Source of the DNA: an uncultured archaeon
GTDB lineage: Archaea; Aenigmatarchaeota; Aenigmatarchaeia; CG10238-14; SCSR01
Assembly (NCBI GenBank): GCA_964512235.1
Contig: CAZEGD010000003.1
Span: 101 to 64,100, forward strand
Length of the DNA stretch: 64,000 bases
Direction of reading: 5' to 3'
In this document: one piece after another, positions 1 to 10,006 of the stretch
Position numbering within the stretch: the first letter of the stretch is position 1
Layout of the letters: every line of letters begins with the position of its first letter
The notes under the pieces: model-generated
Database searches by the model: none
What the model was told of the DNA's origin: nothing
What the model saw: only the letters and a program-made list of their open reading frames with translations
Translations under genes and position numbers: made by a program

Positions 1-1
1 T

Positions 2-676
2 AAAAAAGAGCAATTTCATACTGCTTCTTTATTTGCTTTTGTACCCTGTTCCTCAAGAATTGCTATAATAATGGGGGTAGTTGGATTTTATGGAGGCATA
101 AAGTTAGCTTTTTCTGTTTTTGTTACTTTGCTTGTTGCAGGTTTAATCTGGGCTTTTGGAATAAAAAAAGTTATTCATATAAAGAGTGAACCTTTGCTTT
201 TAGAACTGCCTCCTTATAGAAGGCCCTTGATTAAAAACGTTCTTGCTAAAAGCTGGATTAGAATGAAAGATTTTGTATATATAGTTATACCCTTGTTGGC
301 ACTTGGAGGAATAGCTTATGGTATTTTGAATATATTAGGCCTTGCTAATATCATAGTAGAACCACTTTCGCTAATCACCACTTGGTTAGGATTACCTGCT
401 GTGACTATTATTCCTTTAATCTTTGGATTTTTACAAAAAGATTTAACAGGAGCAATGCTGGTATCAGTCTTGGGCAGTAAGATATCCTTAGCTTTGAACC
501 CTCTCCAAATTTATACATTTGGTGTAGCAGCTACGATTGGAGTTCCGTGCATAATTGCTTTAGGAATGCTTTGGAAGGAATTTGGATTTAAAAGAGCTAT
601 GCTTTTAACAGTAACATCAATGGTTTATGGTCTTTTATTTGCTGGTTTGGCTTGGAGAATAATCTCAATTTTTTGA
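2..676 (+). CDS. feoB: Ferrous iron transport protein B, C-terminal part (truncated by window edge)
   Basis: Frame stays open upstream of the listed ATG: KKEQFHTASLFAFVPCSSRIAIIMGVVGFYGG... The PCSSR...AI and ELPPYRRP motifs are typical of the FeoB permease domain. Confidence 0.85.
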   Translation, partial: KKEQFHTASLFAFVPCSSRIAIIMGVVGFYGGIKLAFSVFVTLLVAGLIWAFGIKKVIHIKSEPLLLELPPYRRPLIKNVLAKSWIRMKDFVYIVIPLLALGGIAYGILNILGLANIIVEPLSLITTWLGLPAVTIIPLIFGFLQKDLTGAMLVSVLGSKISLALNPLQIYTFGVAATIGVPCIIALGMLWKEFGFKRAMLLTVTSMVYGLLFAGLAWRIISIF

Positions 677-796
677 ATAATGTTTAATAGGAGTAAATAT
701 AATTTCGTAGTGGCAGAGTGAATTTCGCACACAATAATTAAGAAGGATTTTTCTACAGAAGAGGTGCAGGAGGTGAACACAGAACAAAAAATTAGT

Positions 797-1294
797 TCAG
801 TGTTTAAGGATAGTCTCATAGAGTTCTGTTAATCTATATTGATTACCAACTTCTTTAACTAAACCCAATGATACAAGCAGATTCATATGACCCATTAATT
901 CTATCTTATCTTCATATCCTAAAAAGACAAAAGTTGAATCATTATAGAAACGTGGCATTTTTAACTCATCTCCATTTGCACCAGATAAAAATTTAAGTAG
1001 ATTCATATGCTTCATTCGTTTCCCTTTTCCCCCCGCTTCTATCTGAGCCAATGTCAATTCCTCATATTTGATATATTCTTTAGGTGATGATGGTTCTAAT
1101 TTAGGTAACAATTCTTTGAAATATAATTTTGGTACATATCCAGCAATTTTTATTTTCTCGCCTACTTTTTTTCCTATTTCTTTGACACGACTTATTTCCC
1201 AAGACAAAATTTTTGCAATTTCATCAGTATAGAAGCCGTCATTACGCATTTTAACATATAAAGACTCTTCTGGGGTCAATATATCTTTTGTCAT
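797..1294 (-). CDS. Hypothetical protein, possible helix-turn-helix
   Basis: ORF 797..1465 crosses a tRNA gene, so the real start is probably MTKDILTPEESLYVKMRNDGF at 1294 (165 aa). Confidence 0.6.
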   Translation of the reverse strand: MTKDILTPEESLYVKMRNDGFYTDEIAKILSWEISRVKEIGKKVGEKIKIAGYVPKLYFKELLPKLEPSSPKEYIKYEELTLAQIEAGGKGKRMKHMNLLKFLSGANGDELKMPRFYNDSTFVFLGYEDKIELMGHMNLLVSLGLVKEVGNQYRLTELYETILKH

Positions 1295-1331
1295 GGTTAT
1301 TTTAAAAGAAGTTAGAGATTTAAGTATGAAT

Positions 1332-1416
1332 GCAGGGGGTGGGATTTGAACCCACGTAGGGACTAACCCACTGGGACCTGAACCCAGCCGAATTGACCAG
1401 ACTATCGGACCCCTGC
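1332..1416 (-). tRNA. tRNA-Leu (CAG), no intron
   Basis: GCAGGGG...CCCCTGC acceptor, anticodon arm CTGGG-TTCAGGT-CCCAG, long variable arm, TGGGTTCAAATCCCA T arm; 85 nt. Confidence 0.93.
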
Positions 1417-1457
1417 ATACAATAAAACATTCCGACAGAAGTAATAAATCTTTGTTT

Positions 1458-2318
1458 TTAGTCATGGTTGCAGACTAGCTCATGGAACTTCTTCAGGTTC
1501 GGCTCGTCATTCACAGGAATCCAGTATTCGCTGGGCAGCAAGACTTTAAACATCTTCCCGTCTTTTGCAAGCTGCTTGAGCACCGTACGCTCAATCTTCA
1601 CTTCTTTGCCGCTAGGCAGAGACTGTATCAATGAAAATATGCTTTTGCTCAATCCAAATATGCCCGTGTTAGAATCTTTAGTTATGAATGGTTTCTCCAC
1701 AAAATCTACAACATCCCCGTCTTTGTCAATGACCTCCCCATACTGGTATAGCTTCCCGGGTACGCATACGACTACTGCCTCATACCCAGCCTTCATAGCC
1801 GCTATAAAGACTTTAACGAAATCTTTGGGGAATTCCTCATAGTTCATTATCTGATCATCCGGGAAATGAATGATTATTGACTTGCTTATGACACCATTTT
1901 CTATTGCTAGCTTGAGTGCGCCACCAGAACCAAGATTGCCATGCTCTACGGAATATTTATTTGTAACACCAAAGTCGCTGCCGTTTCTAAAATAGTTCTG
2001 TATGGACTCTCCCCTATGCGTATCGTCGATGAGAAAGCAAAAGTCTTTGAAGCCCGCTTTCTGCCAAAGATTGAATGTGTATCTGCATATGGGCAGACCG
2101 TTTATTTGTATCATATGCTTGGAGTACTTGTCATTGGTCACGTGCTTGAGCCTAGTACCCCCACCACCCATAAGGAAGACGGCCTGCACATCCTTTATTT
2201 CATCTTCAGACACAGAATCAAGGTCGAGCTTGTTGGACTTTACATAAAGGTGCTTGCCCACACGTTTGTACTTCTTAAGGCTATTCTCAGTATTTCCCTC
2301 GTCAAGTAATTCATGCAT
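1458..2318 (-). CDS. Sugar-phosphate nucleotidyltransferase family protein
   Basis: QAVFLMGGGGTRLKHVTNDKYSKHMIQINGLPICRYTF and later HFPDDQIM: NTP_transferase signature. Confidence 0.85.
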   Translation of the reverse strand: MHELLDEGNTENSLKKYKRVGKHLYVKSNKLDLDSVSEDEIKDVQAVFLMGGGGTRLKHVTNDKYSKHMIQINGLPICRYTFNLWQKAGFKDFCFLIDDTHRGESIQNYFRNGSDFGVTNKYSVEHGNLGSGGALKLAIENGVISKSIIIHFPDDQIMNYEEFPKDFVKVFIAAMKAGYEAVVVCVPGKLYQYGEVIDKDGDVVDFVEKPFITKDSNTGIFGLSKSIFSLIQSLPSGKEVKIERTVLKQLAKDGKMFKVLLPSEYWIPVNDEPNLKKFHELVCNHD

Positions 2319-2330
2319 CTTTTACACCCT

Positions 2331-3146
2331 TTATTTCATTTTTGAACCGCCAACTTTTATGTCAATGCATACCTTGTAAGCGTGTGGACTATAAGCTGAC
2401 ACTACATGCTTATTAATGATTTTATATTCCCTGCCCATCTTTTTTAAGTTTTCGTCTATCAACTTCTCAGCCTTCTCAAAGAGCTTGGGCTCCCTTCCCC
2501 AGTTGTAAAAATGTATGATGCCTTCCCCTCTCAGGCAGTTCACTGCAATGTCCAGGAAATTTTCTGCTCCCAATGGCAGTGGCATAACTACGCGGTCGCA
2601 TTTGCCGTACCATCTTACACATACATGTCGCACGTCGCCTGGGAGAGAGAGTATCTTGTGGGAGAGCTTGTTGATTCTGATATTCTCATCCGCATATCGT
2701 ACAGCTTCCGGGTTTATCTCTACAGCAATGACCCTTTCAACATCAGTCTGCTTCTTTGAAATTGCCACAGCAAATGGTGCGACCCCACTGAACATTACCA
2801 TCACAACTTCACCAGCTTTCACCTGCTCGGCAACTCTCTGCCGTTCTGTAGCCTCGCGTGGTGAAAAATAGACTTTCTGCGGGTCAATTCTTATTCTGTA
2901 TCCATGTTCTTTATGCAGGACTTCGGTATCTGCATCTCCAGCGAGAAGATTGTACTTGCGCGTCCTGAATTCACCCTCCCGGTTCGATGTTTTCTGTAGG
3001 ACGGATTTTACGTTCTTATGGGCCTTAAGCAAAACTTCAGCAATCTCTTTTTTCTTTCCTTCCAAGTCGTCTGGAATTTCTATTATAGCTACTGCCTTCT
3101 CTCTCGATCCGATGATGTTGAAGCTTGAAGGAATCAGTTTTCCCAT
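2331..3146 (-). CDS. Class I SAM-dependent methyltransferase, Trm5/TYW2 family (tRNA G37)
   Basis: FRTRKYNLLAGDADTEVLHKEHGYRIRIDPQKVYFSPREATERQRVA... and VIAVEINPEAVRYADENIRIN; MPLPLGAENFLD motif. Confidence 0.88.
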   Translation of the reverse strand: MGKLIPSSFNIIGSREKAVAIIEIPDDLEGKKKEIAEVLLKAHKNVKSVLQKTSNREGEFRTRKYNLLAGDADTEVLHKEHGYRIRIDPQKVYFSPREATERQRVAEQVKAGEVVMVMFSGVAPFAVAISKKQTDVERVIAVEINPEAVRYADENIRINKLSHKILSLPGDVRHVCVRWYGKCDRVVMPLPLGAENFLDIAVNCLRGEGIIHFYNWGREPKLFEKAEKLIDENLKKMGREYKIINKHVVSAYSPHAYKVCIDIKVGGSKMK

Positions 3147-3242
3147 AAGATTAGTTGTAGAATTTAATTAAAATAAAATCATTTTCGATATGTAGATTTC
3201 CTTGAAGGATTGTAATAGAAACAGTTAGAAAGAGTTAGAGCA

Positions 3243-3515
3243 CTAATCTTTCTTGTCAAACTCATTTTTTAGTTTTTCCAAAAGAACTGGATCTAGCTTT
3301 ATTTTACCACGTTTAGCTTGATTAATTATGTAACCGAGCATTTTCTTTGTCGGATTGAAAAACTTGAGCCTTTGCCCCAGATATTTTATCTGCTTTTCGA
3401 GTTTGGTGGGTTCAGCATCTTTAATCTTTTTAACTTTAGCATTGATTAACTTCAGCATTTCTATGATTTTTTTAACTTCCTCAGGACTGTAAGTTTCCCC
3501 ATAATTATTTTCCAT
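3243..3515 (-). CDS. Hypothetical small charged protein
   Basis: 90-aa ORF, coding-like composition. Confidence 0.5.
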   Translation of the reverse strand: MENNYGETYSPEEVKKIIEMLKLINAKVKKIKDAEPTKLEKQIKYLGQRLKFFNPTKKMLGYIINQAKRGKIKLDPVLLEKLKNEFDKKD

Positions 3516-3670
3516 AAAACTATCTTTGTTTTTTTAAAATTTAAAGATTGACTACTATCCACTACTATCTGATTGGTCCGAAGTGGAGACCCTTCTTGAT
3601 ATGTATATTTCCTTGAAAAACTTTCATACAACTATACCTAGGATGGCACTGCCTATGATATTTGCAACCT

Positions 3671-4018
3671 TCAAAAAGGAATTCTCATTTCGACAATGGC
3701 AGTCCCGATAAGATTGGCGACTTTCATGTAAAATTCAATGAAAAATTCTATCACAACCTTCAAAAACCTGAACTCAAAAGGCTCTGTCACAAAAAATTGG
3801 CCAGAGTAGAAGTAGTACATGAAAGCGACTATGGAAAGTATGAACCCTATGCGCGCGACTTGGGTACCGATGAATTTGAGTGCTTCATCATCCGAGTAGA
3901 GCCAGAAGGCTAGGCCGATCAATGCTATGCCGAAATAGAGCGGCAGTTCAAAACCTACAAACAACGACGGTACTATTATTACCGGCAGCAACGCCACAAC
4001 TATCCACAGGCTTCTCAT
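3671..4018 (-). CDS. Small membrane protein
   Basis: 115-aa ORF with several hydrophobic segments. Confidence 0.5.
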   Translation of the reverse strand: MRSLWIVVALLPVIIVPSLFVGFELPLYFGIALIGLAFWLYSDDEALKFIGTQVARIGFILSIVAFMYYFYSGQFFVTEPFEFRFLKVVIEFFIEFYMKVANLIGTAIVEMRIPF

Positions 4019-4184
4019 AGATTAAAATTTGAACAGCATTGTATATAATTCAGGATGATTTTTAAACCTGCAAAGTTCAGAACTATCTAGTTGATTGGAC
4101 TATTTCAAAATTGGCAGTACTAATCACTAGCTTCAACGTAAGAGTCGTATTAGACTTAAGTATTTAATGGATTAGTGATTAAAT

Positions 4185-4646
4185 ATGACAGACACCATTG
4201 TAGCATCCGACTTGGATGAAATAGCAACCTTATTATACAATGCATTAAGTAACGAGTATAAGCGTGTCTCGACTTCTACTTGGTCAAATGATAAACTAAC
4301 AGATACCGATTATTGGGGTCGAGCCTGGAATGTTGCTAGTGATAGCAGGACATGGATGGCAATAAAAAAGAGCTATGATAATGATAATATATCAGCAATT
4401 AGAAATTATAACTGCCCACTCGCAATGTCAGTCACTCGTGGAGGTTCGGGGATTTTCCATTCTCACTGGTTAACTTATAAAATATTTGACATACAGATTA
4501 TAGAGTCTCTTGCTAACTACGGTTATGTTCCACAGAGCCTAAGGATGAGACCGAGGTCATTCGAAGGTTGCTATACTTCTTGCGAGGAGGGTCACAACCC
4601 CAATACTAAGCGAATTATTCAAGAAGCTCTGGCAGTTTTAAAATAG
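4185..4646 (+). CDS. Hypothetical protein
   Basis: 153-aa ORF preceded by an archaeal TATA-like tttttaaa and an isolated 5' region. Confidence 0.5.
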   Translation: MTDTIVASDLDEIATLLYNALSNEYKRVSTSTWSNDKLTDTDYWGRAWNVASDSRTWMAIKKSYDNDNISAIRNYNCPLAMSVTRGGSGIFHSHWLTYKIFDIQIIESLANYGYVPQSLRMRPRSFEGCYTSCEEGHNPNTKRIIQEALAVLK

Positions 4647-4788
4647 AGGTTAACGCCTAGGATGGCATTTGAGCCCATTGAAATTTCTTTTCTAAGGATT
4701 CTAGCGTTTTATATATCTCCTTGAATAACTCTCTTTCTTTCAGAATGATTTTTAAACATGCAAAGTCATGTTAATGAACGGTGTGTAA

Positions 4789-5535
4789 ATGCTTACTATA
4801 GTTGGATTGGGACTGTGGGATGAGAGGGATTTGACGCTTAGAGCCATAGATGCAGCCAAGCAAGCGGACAAAGCATACATCGAATTGTACACGAGCAAGT
4901 GGCACGGTGCAGAGAAAATAAAGGAAATCATTGGTAAGGATGCTGTAGAATTGAAGCGTGAGGATCTGGAGCAGAATGCGAGCAAGCTTGTAGGGGAAGC
5001 GAAGGAGAAGGATGTTGTCTTGTTTGTGCCCGGCGATCCTCTGGTTGCGACAACACATTTGACAATTTTAGAGGCAGCAAAAAAGGCAGGTGTGAAGACT
5101 AGAGTCATACATAACTCTTCAATCATTTCGGCAATTGCTGAGACTGGCCTTCATATATACAAATTCGGCTCTACTGCTACTGTGCCGTTCCCAGAGAAGA
5201 CGAAAGGCAAGCTGCCCGAGTCTGTCTATGATGTGCTGAAGCTGAACAAGCGAGCTGGATTGCATACACTGCTGCTGCTTGACATCACTCCAGAGCGATG
5301 TATGCTACCAAGGGAGGCAATGCAGCAGCTTCTTGCCATGGAAGAACAAAGGAAAGAAGGCATCTTCACCAATCAGACAGCTGTAGTAATCTTTGCCCGT
5401 GCAGGCAGCGAGGATTCAGAGATTGTCTATGGTAAAGTTAACGAACTGTTGGAGAAGGACTTTGGCAAGCCGCCTATGGTCATCATCGTGCCTGGAATTC
5501 TACATTTTACTGAAAAGGACTATCTAAAACTTTGA
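4789..5535 (+). CDS. dphB: Diphthine synthase
   Basis: MLTIVGLGLWDERDLTLRAIDAAKQADKAYIELYTS...VLFVPGDPLVATTH; tetrapyrrole methylase fold, DPH5 pattern. Confidence 0.95.
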   Translation: MLTIVGLGLWDERDLTLRAIDAAKQADKAYIELYTSKWHGAEKIKEIIGKDAVELKREDLEQNASKLVGEAKEKDVVLFVPGDPLVATTHLTILEAAKKAGVKTRVIHNSSIISAIAETGLHIYKFGSTATVPFPEKTKGKLPESVYDVLKLNKRAGLHTLLLLDITPERCMLPREAMQQLLAMEEQRKEGIFTNQTAVVIFARAGSEDSEIVYGKVNELLEKDFGKPPMVIIVPGILHFTEKDYLKL

Positions 5536-5595
5536 AAATAGAGAAATGAATAATTATAGAAAGAAATTAAAGAAAAATCTTCTTTTTTTGAAGAG

Positions 5596-6231
5596 TTAGC
5601 CACGTCCCGCAGCACGGAGCATCTTATCTTCTTTGGGCGTCCTAATTAGCCACCACAGACCAAATGCAGTTAATACAATCAAAGCAAGGACAACAATATC
5701 CTGCGCAGAAAGCTCCAAGCTAGGTAAAATATCGGTTGAAATACCACCGACGCTTGGAAATAGTTCAGGGAACATTCCAAAGCCACCACTACTTGCAAAC
5801 AGAGCTACACCCACTAATAAAACTATGATGAGAGCTACCTTGGCAGCTCTTGGAAGTTTCGTGTTTTCATCTATTCCTGAAAATATATCTATTCCAACCA
5901 TCTTTGCTAGGATGTATATTATCATCCCTGCAGCTATTAGTGTAGTTAATATTATTGCTGTCTGACCGAACATCGTTGCAAAGAAGTTCGTTAGAGTAAA
6001 TCCAAGAGGTGTATATGCCATCAAGAACATAGCCGCTGCAAGCGAGAATACCAAGTTAATTGCTCTGGCTAGCCTAGCTTCCTTTAGCGCTGAAGCATTA
6101 AAAGGATCTCCAAATAACTTAAGCTTTGATAGTAACCCATAAAACAATGCAAACAGAATTATGAAAGGTAAATAGAATTCAAAAACACCAAACTCAGTAG
6201 CGAGTCCGACCAAATCTCCAATCGATGCCAT
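5596..6231 (-). CDS. Polytopic membrane protein, paralog A of the pilus-like locus
   Basis: N-terminal FGVFEFYLPFIILFALFYGLLSKLKLFGDP pattern shared with the neighbouring ORFs; about 5-6 TM segments. Confidence 0.75.
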   Translation of the reverse strand: MASIGDLVGLATEFGVFEFYLPFIILFALFYGLLSKLKLFGDPFNASALKEARLARAINLVFSLAAAMFLMAYTPLGFTLTNFFATMFGQTAIILTTLIAAGMIIYILAKMVGIDIFSGIDENTKLPRAAKVALIIVLLVGVALFASSGGFGMFPELFPSVGGISTDILPSLELSAQDIVVLALIVLTAFGLWWLIRTPKEDKMLRAAGRG

Positions 6232-6303
6232 GTCATTCTCCTTAACTAATTATTCGTGATTTAAGTTTAAAAAGCTTTTTTCTCCCCACTCAACTCTTAA
6301 ATT

Positions 6304-6843
6304 CTATTTAGTCAAAAATACCAGCAATCCCACACTTCCCAGCATCGCTCCGAAAGTGACGGCTACACCTATCCACTCATCGCTACCTCCCCCCAGAGAT
6401 ATACCCTGCGGCAAGAATATGCCTACAATCCCGCTGGTGATGAGCACAACAACACCTATCAGCATGCCAAATATCAGTATTACCGCCCATATCCTTCCAC
6501 CTTTGAATTTATCAGCTAAAGTCTTTGGCAGGTCTGGCGGCATGAACAAGCCGGATACTATCAATCCGAGCATTACGACGAGAGTTGCTATCATACCATG
6601 CGTGAAAAACGTAGCAAGCTGCGTCTCTATATTCACACCCGCTATAATCGGGTATGCCCATACCATGAAAGCCGCTGCAATCGATATGACAGCATTGACT
6701 GTGACATTCCTGTCCGGGTCTCCAAATATCTTGCTCTTCCTGAGCGACCCGTAAAATATTGCAGCAGTGAGGATAAATGGCAGTATGAACTGGAAGAATC
6801 CCAGGTCTCTCATCTTCTGTATTGTCAGTTCCATTGGGTTCAT
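6304..6843 (-). CDS. Polytopic membrane protein, paralog B
   Basis: LGFFQFILPFILTAAIFYGSLRKSKIFGDP pattern shared with ORF 5596..6231. Confidence 0.75.
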   Translation of the reverse strand: MNPMELTIQKMRDLGFFQFILPFILTAAIFYGSLRKSKIFGDPDRNVTVNAVISIAAAFMVWAYPIIAGVNIETQLATFFTHGMIATLVVMLGLIVSGLFMPPDLPKTLADKFKGGRIWAVILIFGMLIGVVVLITSGIVGIFLPQGISLGGGSDEWIGVAVTFGAMLGSVGLLVFLTK

Positions 6844-6847
6844 TTAA

Positions 6848-7390
6848 TCACTCAGACTTCAAAGTCGTGGCAGCCGCGATTATCAAGACTACAATAAATA
6901 TTAACATTCCTCCGATAAGAGTGATTATGTCCGGGTTTATCACTGGACTGGTGGGTGCTCCAGACCCGCCAATAGCTCCAAGTATAGTAGGCAGGAAGCC
7001 GCTAATTACAGCCACAGTCAGGGCTATGGCAACCCCGACGTAGAGCATTGTCCTACTATGGGAGAACTTCTCTTTGAGCATACCCGCGAGATCGGGGTAG
7101 AAAAAACCCGATATTAAAAATGCGAAAAATATTACAAATATAAACAACATAAGCTGCATGAACATAGTCGTCATCGAAAACGTCAATGACGTCCCAGTTA
7201 TTATGGGAAAGCTGAATATGAGGAATGCACCGACAAACGCAACCAACCCGTTGATTGCGGATGACTCTCCCAACAGCTTAGTCTTCTTCAACAATGCAAA
7301 AAACAATGGCAATGCCAAAAGGAACAGCAAAAAGTCATAGAATCCAATATTCAGCAATTCATTTATCACTGTCTCGAACGGGCTTGCCAT
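6848..7390 (-). CDS. Polytopic membrane protein, paralog C
   Basis: IGFYDFLLFLLALPLFFALLKKTKLLGESS pattern; multiple TM segments. Confidence 0.75.
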   Translation of the reverse strand: MASPFETVINELLNIGFYDFLLFLLALPLFFALLKKTKLLGESSAINGLVAFVGAFLIFSFPIITGTSLTFSMTTMFMQLMLFIFVIFFAFLISGFFYPDLAGMLKEKFSHSRTMLYVGVAIALTVAVISGFLPTILGAIGGSGAPTSPVINPDIITLIGGMLIFIVVLIIAAATTLKSE

Positions 7391-7467
7391 TTATTAAAAC
7401 ACCTAAATTAGATTTCGTTTGCCAGAAATTTAAGTTTAAAGATTGGGCACATAATTTTATGTTTTTT

Positions 7468-7935
7468 CTATTCGCTCTCCACCAGTTCTATTTCTCTTCT
7501 CAATCTCTCTATATTTTTATATAGAGCCCTTTTCTTATTTTTATTACCCTCAGTTCTTAACTTCTCAAATTCTTTATCACGTCTTTCCATGAGTCTTTTA
7601 AGCCTCCTTCCTTTAGAACCAGTCTCGAAGTAGATATCCCTGCCTCTGTTGATTGTCCAGAGTATAACACCACCTACAAATAATAGAAGGAATGCTGCAA
7701 CCGCTGTCATGCTGCCCAGCTGTATCATCCACTGCGAAACCATTGGAAATATGTCCGTGGATGCGAGGAAGAGCACCATGGCAAGCGAAATCACAATGTT
7801 GATTTTCTTGTTTTTGAAAATCCCCATCGCCGTTAAAATGCCCCAAAGCATTACGAAAATTACTACGAAAGGAATGAAGAATGTGTTAATGAGTTCCCAA
7901 GGTGCCAGTTCATATAATAGGTCTAGGATTGCCAT
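7468..7935 (-). CDS. Membrane protein, paralog D, with charged C-terminal helix
   Basis: FFIPFVVIFVMLWGILTAMGIFKNKKINIVISLAMVLFLAST then a basic/acidic coiled-coil tail. Confidence 0.75.
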   Translation of the reverse strand: MAILDLLYELAPWELINTFFIPFVVIFVMLWGILTAMGIFKNKKINIVISLAMVLFLASTDIFPMVSQWMIQLGSMTAVAAFLLLFVGGVILWTINRGRDIYFETGSKGRRLKRLMERRDKEFEKLRTEGNKNKKRALYKNIERLRREIELVESE

Positions 7936-7988
7936 AAATACCTAATAATACTTTGGATTTGGGATTAAAAATTTGATTAGAAACTGAA

Positions 7989-8708
7989 TTATGGCTCAAA
8001 CCCTGATTTTCTCATATCTCTAGAAAGTTCCCTCTCTTTCTTTGAGAGATTTCCGTATTCCTTAACCAAACTTTCAACTTTAGATGGAACTTTACCACCT
8101 ACTTTCAATTTCGAAGGCCAGTCTTTAGTATCTGAAGTATTTAGCGCATGTTTAACATCATCACCATAGACAACATCATTTACATCTTTTCCAATTTGGT
8201 TAAGTATACTTGTTTTTCTCCTTGAAATGCCAGTTAAGTCACCTCTAATGCTAGAAACTTCTTTTGCCATTCCACCAAAATTGCCATACAACCTGAAGCT
8301 CGTGCCATATACCCATAGTATGACACCGATGATGAACAGTATACCAAATCCTATTAGGCCTATGAAGGCGCCAAACGCATAGAATATGTTCACTATATAA
8401 GTCAGTATGCCAGAAGGCAGAAGCAGGAATGCAAAGCAAAACGCAATCGTACCATGTAATTTGTTACTTCCTCTTCTGAATATTCTCAATTCTTTGAGTA
8501 TGCCGTAAATAACTACAAAGGCTGTAAAGAAAGGAAAGATAACATAATAGAGTACATTTGGTATTCTAAGCCAGTCTTCAGACATGCCCGGAAAAACCCA
8601 AGTTGCAAGTGCCTCTGGATCCCACAGAGACTCTAGGTAATTCTGCGCTAGACCTACCGTAGGTAACGTCAATAAGATTGCAAAAATTACAGCTGCTACT
8701 CGTCTCAT
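7989..8708 (-). CDS. Secreted-signal polytopic membrane protein, paralog E
   Basis: N-terminal signal peptide, VLYYVIFPFFTAFVVIYGILKELRIFRR core, charged cytosolic C-terminus. Confidence 0.75.
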   Translation of the reverse strand: MRRVAAVIFAILLTLPTVGLAQNYLESLWDPEALATWVFPGMSEDWLRIPNVLYYVIFPFFTAFVVIYGILKELRIFRRGSNKLHGTIAFCFAFLLLPSGILTYIVNIFYAFGAFIGLIGFGILFIIGVILWVYGTSFRLYGNFGGMAKEVSSIRGDLTGISRRKTSILNQIGKDVNDVVYGDDVKHALNTSDTKDWPSKLKVGGKVPSKVESLVKEYGNLSKKERELSRDMRKSGFEP

Positions 8709-8770
8709 TTAATACGCCTATTAATTATTTAGTTAGAAGGAATTTAAATTTGAATGGTTATGTTGAGGAT

Positions 8771-10003
8771 ATGGGTATTGAAACAAAGAATAAAGAAAAC
8801 ACGAATGAACTATATTATAAAAATCTTCTGAATTTCTATCTAAATGTAAAATCAAGACCAAAAACAGATTGGCGTTTTATTTTTGGGCAACATCCATATC
8901 TTGGCTATTCTTCTGATACCATACCTAAACTTGCTATCTTTGACTTTGACGGTATATTTGAAAAGCAGGATAAAGACGAACTATATAAACTAGTTCTTTC
9001 CAAGATGGTTAAAACTAATAGAAAACTTCAAAATAGAGTAAATGACTTAGTAAAATGGATTAAAATTTTACAGACACCAGAAGGCTATAAACCAGCTAAA
9101 GACAAAATTGTAGAAATATTTAAAAGCTGTAACCTCACTAGGTCAGAATATGATGAATCCAATGATGAAGCTGCAAAAGAATTTATTAAAAACTCTTTAG
9201 TCAACGGCGCAAAAACATGCATAAAAAGACTCAAATATAAAATGGGTTATTTACCTGCTATAATCTCAGCCGGTTTTAGGCCAGCTGAAATAAAGGTTTG
9301 TGAATATTTAGGAATATCAAACACAAATGTAACTGCAACCCAGTTTTTATTCGATGGTGATGAATTCTATGGAATCGATTTCGTATTAGGATCAAGAAGG
9401 ATGGATGCAAAAAGTAACTTATTGAAGAGAAAACTTGGTAGTAGATATGGATGCTACTTCATATTCGACAATGACCCAGTCCTAAACGCATCTATTCTTA
9501 AATCTGGATTAAACCCGTCAGTTATTATCGGAGATTATCCTAGAGAACAATTAATGCAACTTGACTTTGATGTGTTTACGTGCTGCCCAGAAGCTAGAGA
9601 CAATTTGTTAAATATAATACCATCAATGAACAGATTCGAGTATGGATGGACTGTTGCAAATATATTACCTAAGAAGATTATTAACAAATTTTTTAGTCTA
9701 TCAACCAAACAAAGAAAATTATTTAATCAATTAGAGGCTTTAGATGTAGCAAAGAGTGAATTTTCATCTTTGAGAGACAGGCTCGTTTCTTTATCGCTCC
9801 AAATTTTGAATATAAAAGAAAAGTTTCATTTGATTACAGAAGAGTCGGAGATTAGAGACGATTTGTGGAGATTACTAGTAATCAAAAAAGATGCAAAAAA
9901 GAAAATCAATGATATTTTCGAATTCTTTGAAACTAATGTACCAGAGACAGAATCTTTAGAAGAGTTATTGTATGATGTACAAAAAGAGTATAAACACAAT
10001 TAA
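8771..10003 (+). CDS. HAD-superfamily-like protein
   Basis: LAIFDFDGIFEKQ (motif I), IISAG (motif II), DAKSNLLKRKLG (Lys), FDNDP (motif IV). TATA-like aatttaaatt lies ~25 nt upstream of the ATG at 8771, so the 8678 start is less likely. Confidence 0.65.
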   Translation: MGIETKNKENTNELYYKNLLNFYLNVKSRPKTDWRFIFGQHPYLGYSSDTIPKLAIFDFDGIFEKQDKDELYKLVLSKMVKTNRKLQNRVNDLVKWIKILQTPEGYKPAKDKIVEIFKSCNLTRSEYDESNDEAAKEFIKNSLVNGAKTCIKRLKYKMGYLPAIISAGFRPAEIKVCEYLGISNTNVTATQFLFDGDEFYGIDFVLGSRRMDAKSNLLKRKLGSRYGCYFIFDNDPVLNASILKSGLNPSVIIGDYPREQLMQLDFDVFTCCPEARDNLLNIIPSMNRFEYGWTVANILPKKIINKFFSLSTKQRKLFNQLEALDVAKSEFSSLRDRLVSLSLQILNIKEKFHLITEESEIRDDLWRLLVIKKDAKKKINDIFEFFETNVPETESLEELLYDVQKEYKHN

Positions 10004-10006
10004 ATC

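Noticed and set aside
1295-1465. N-terminal extension of ORF 797..1465
   Set aside because: This part is the tRNA-Leu(CAG) gene read in frame; the sensible start is at 1294.
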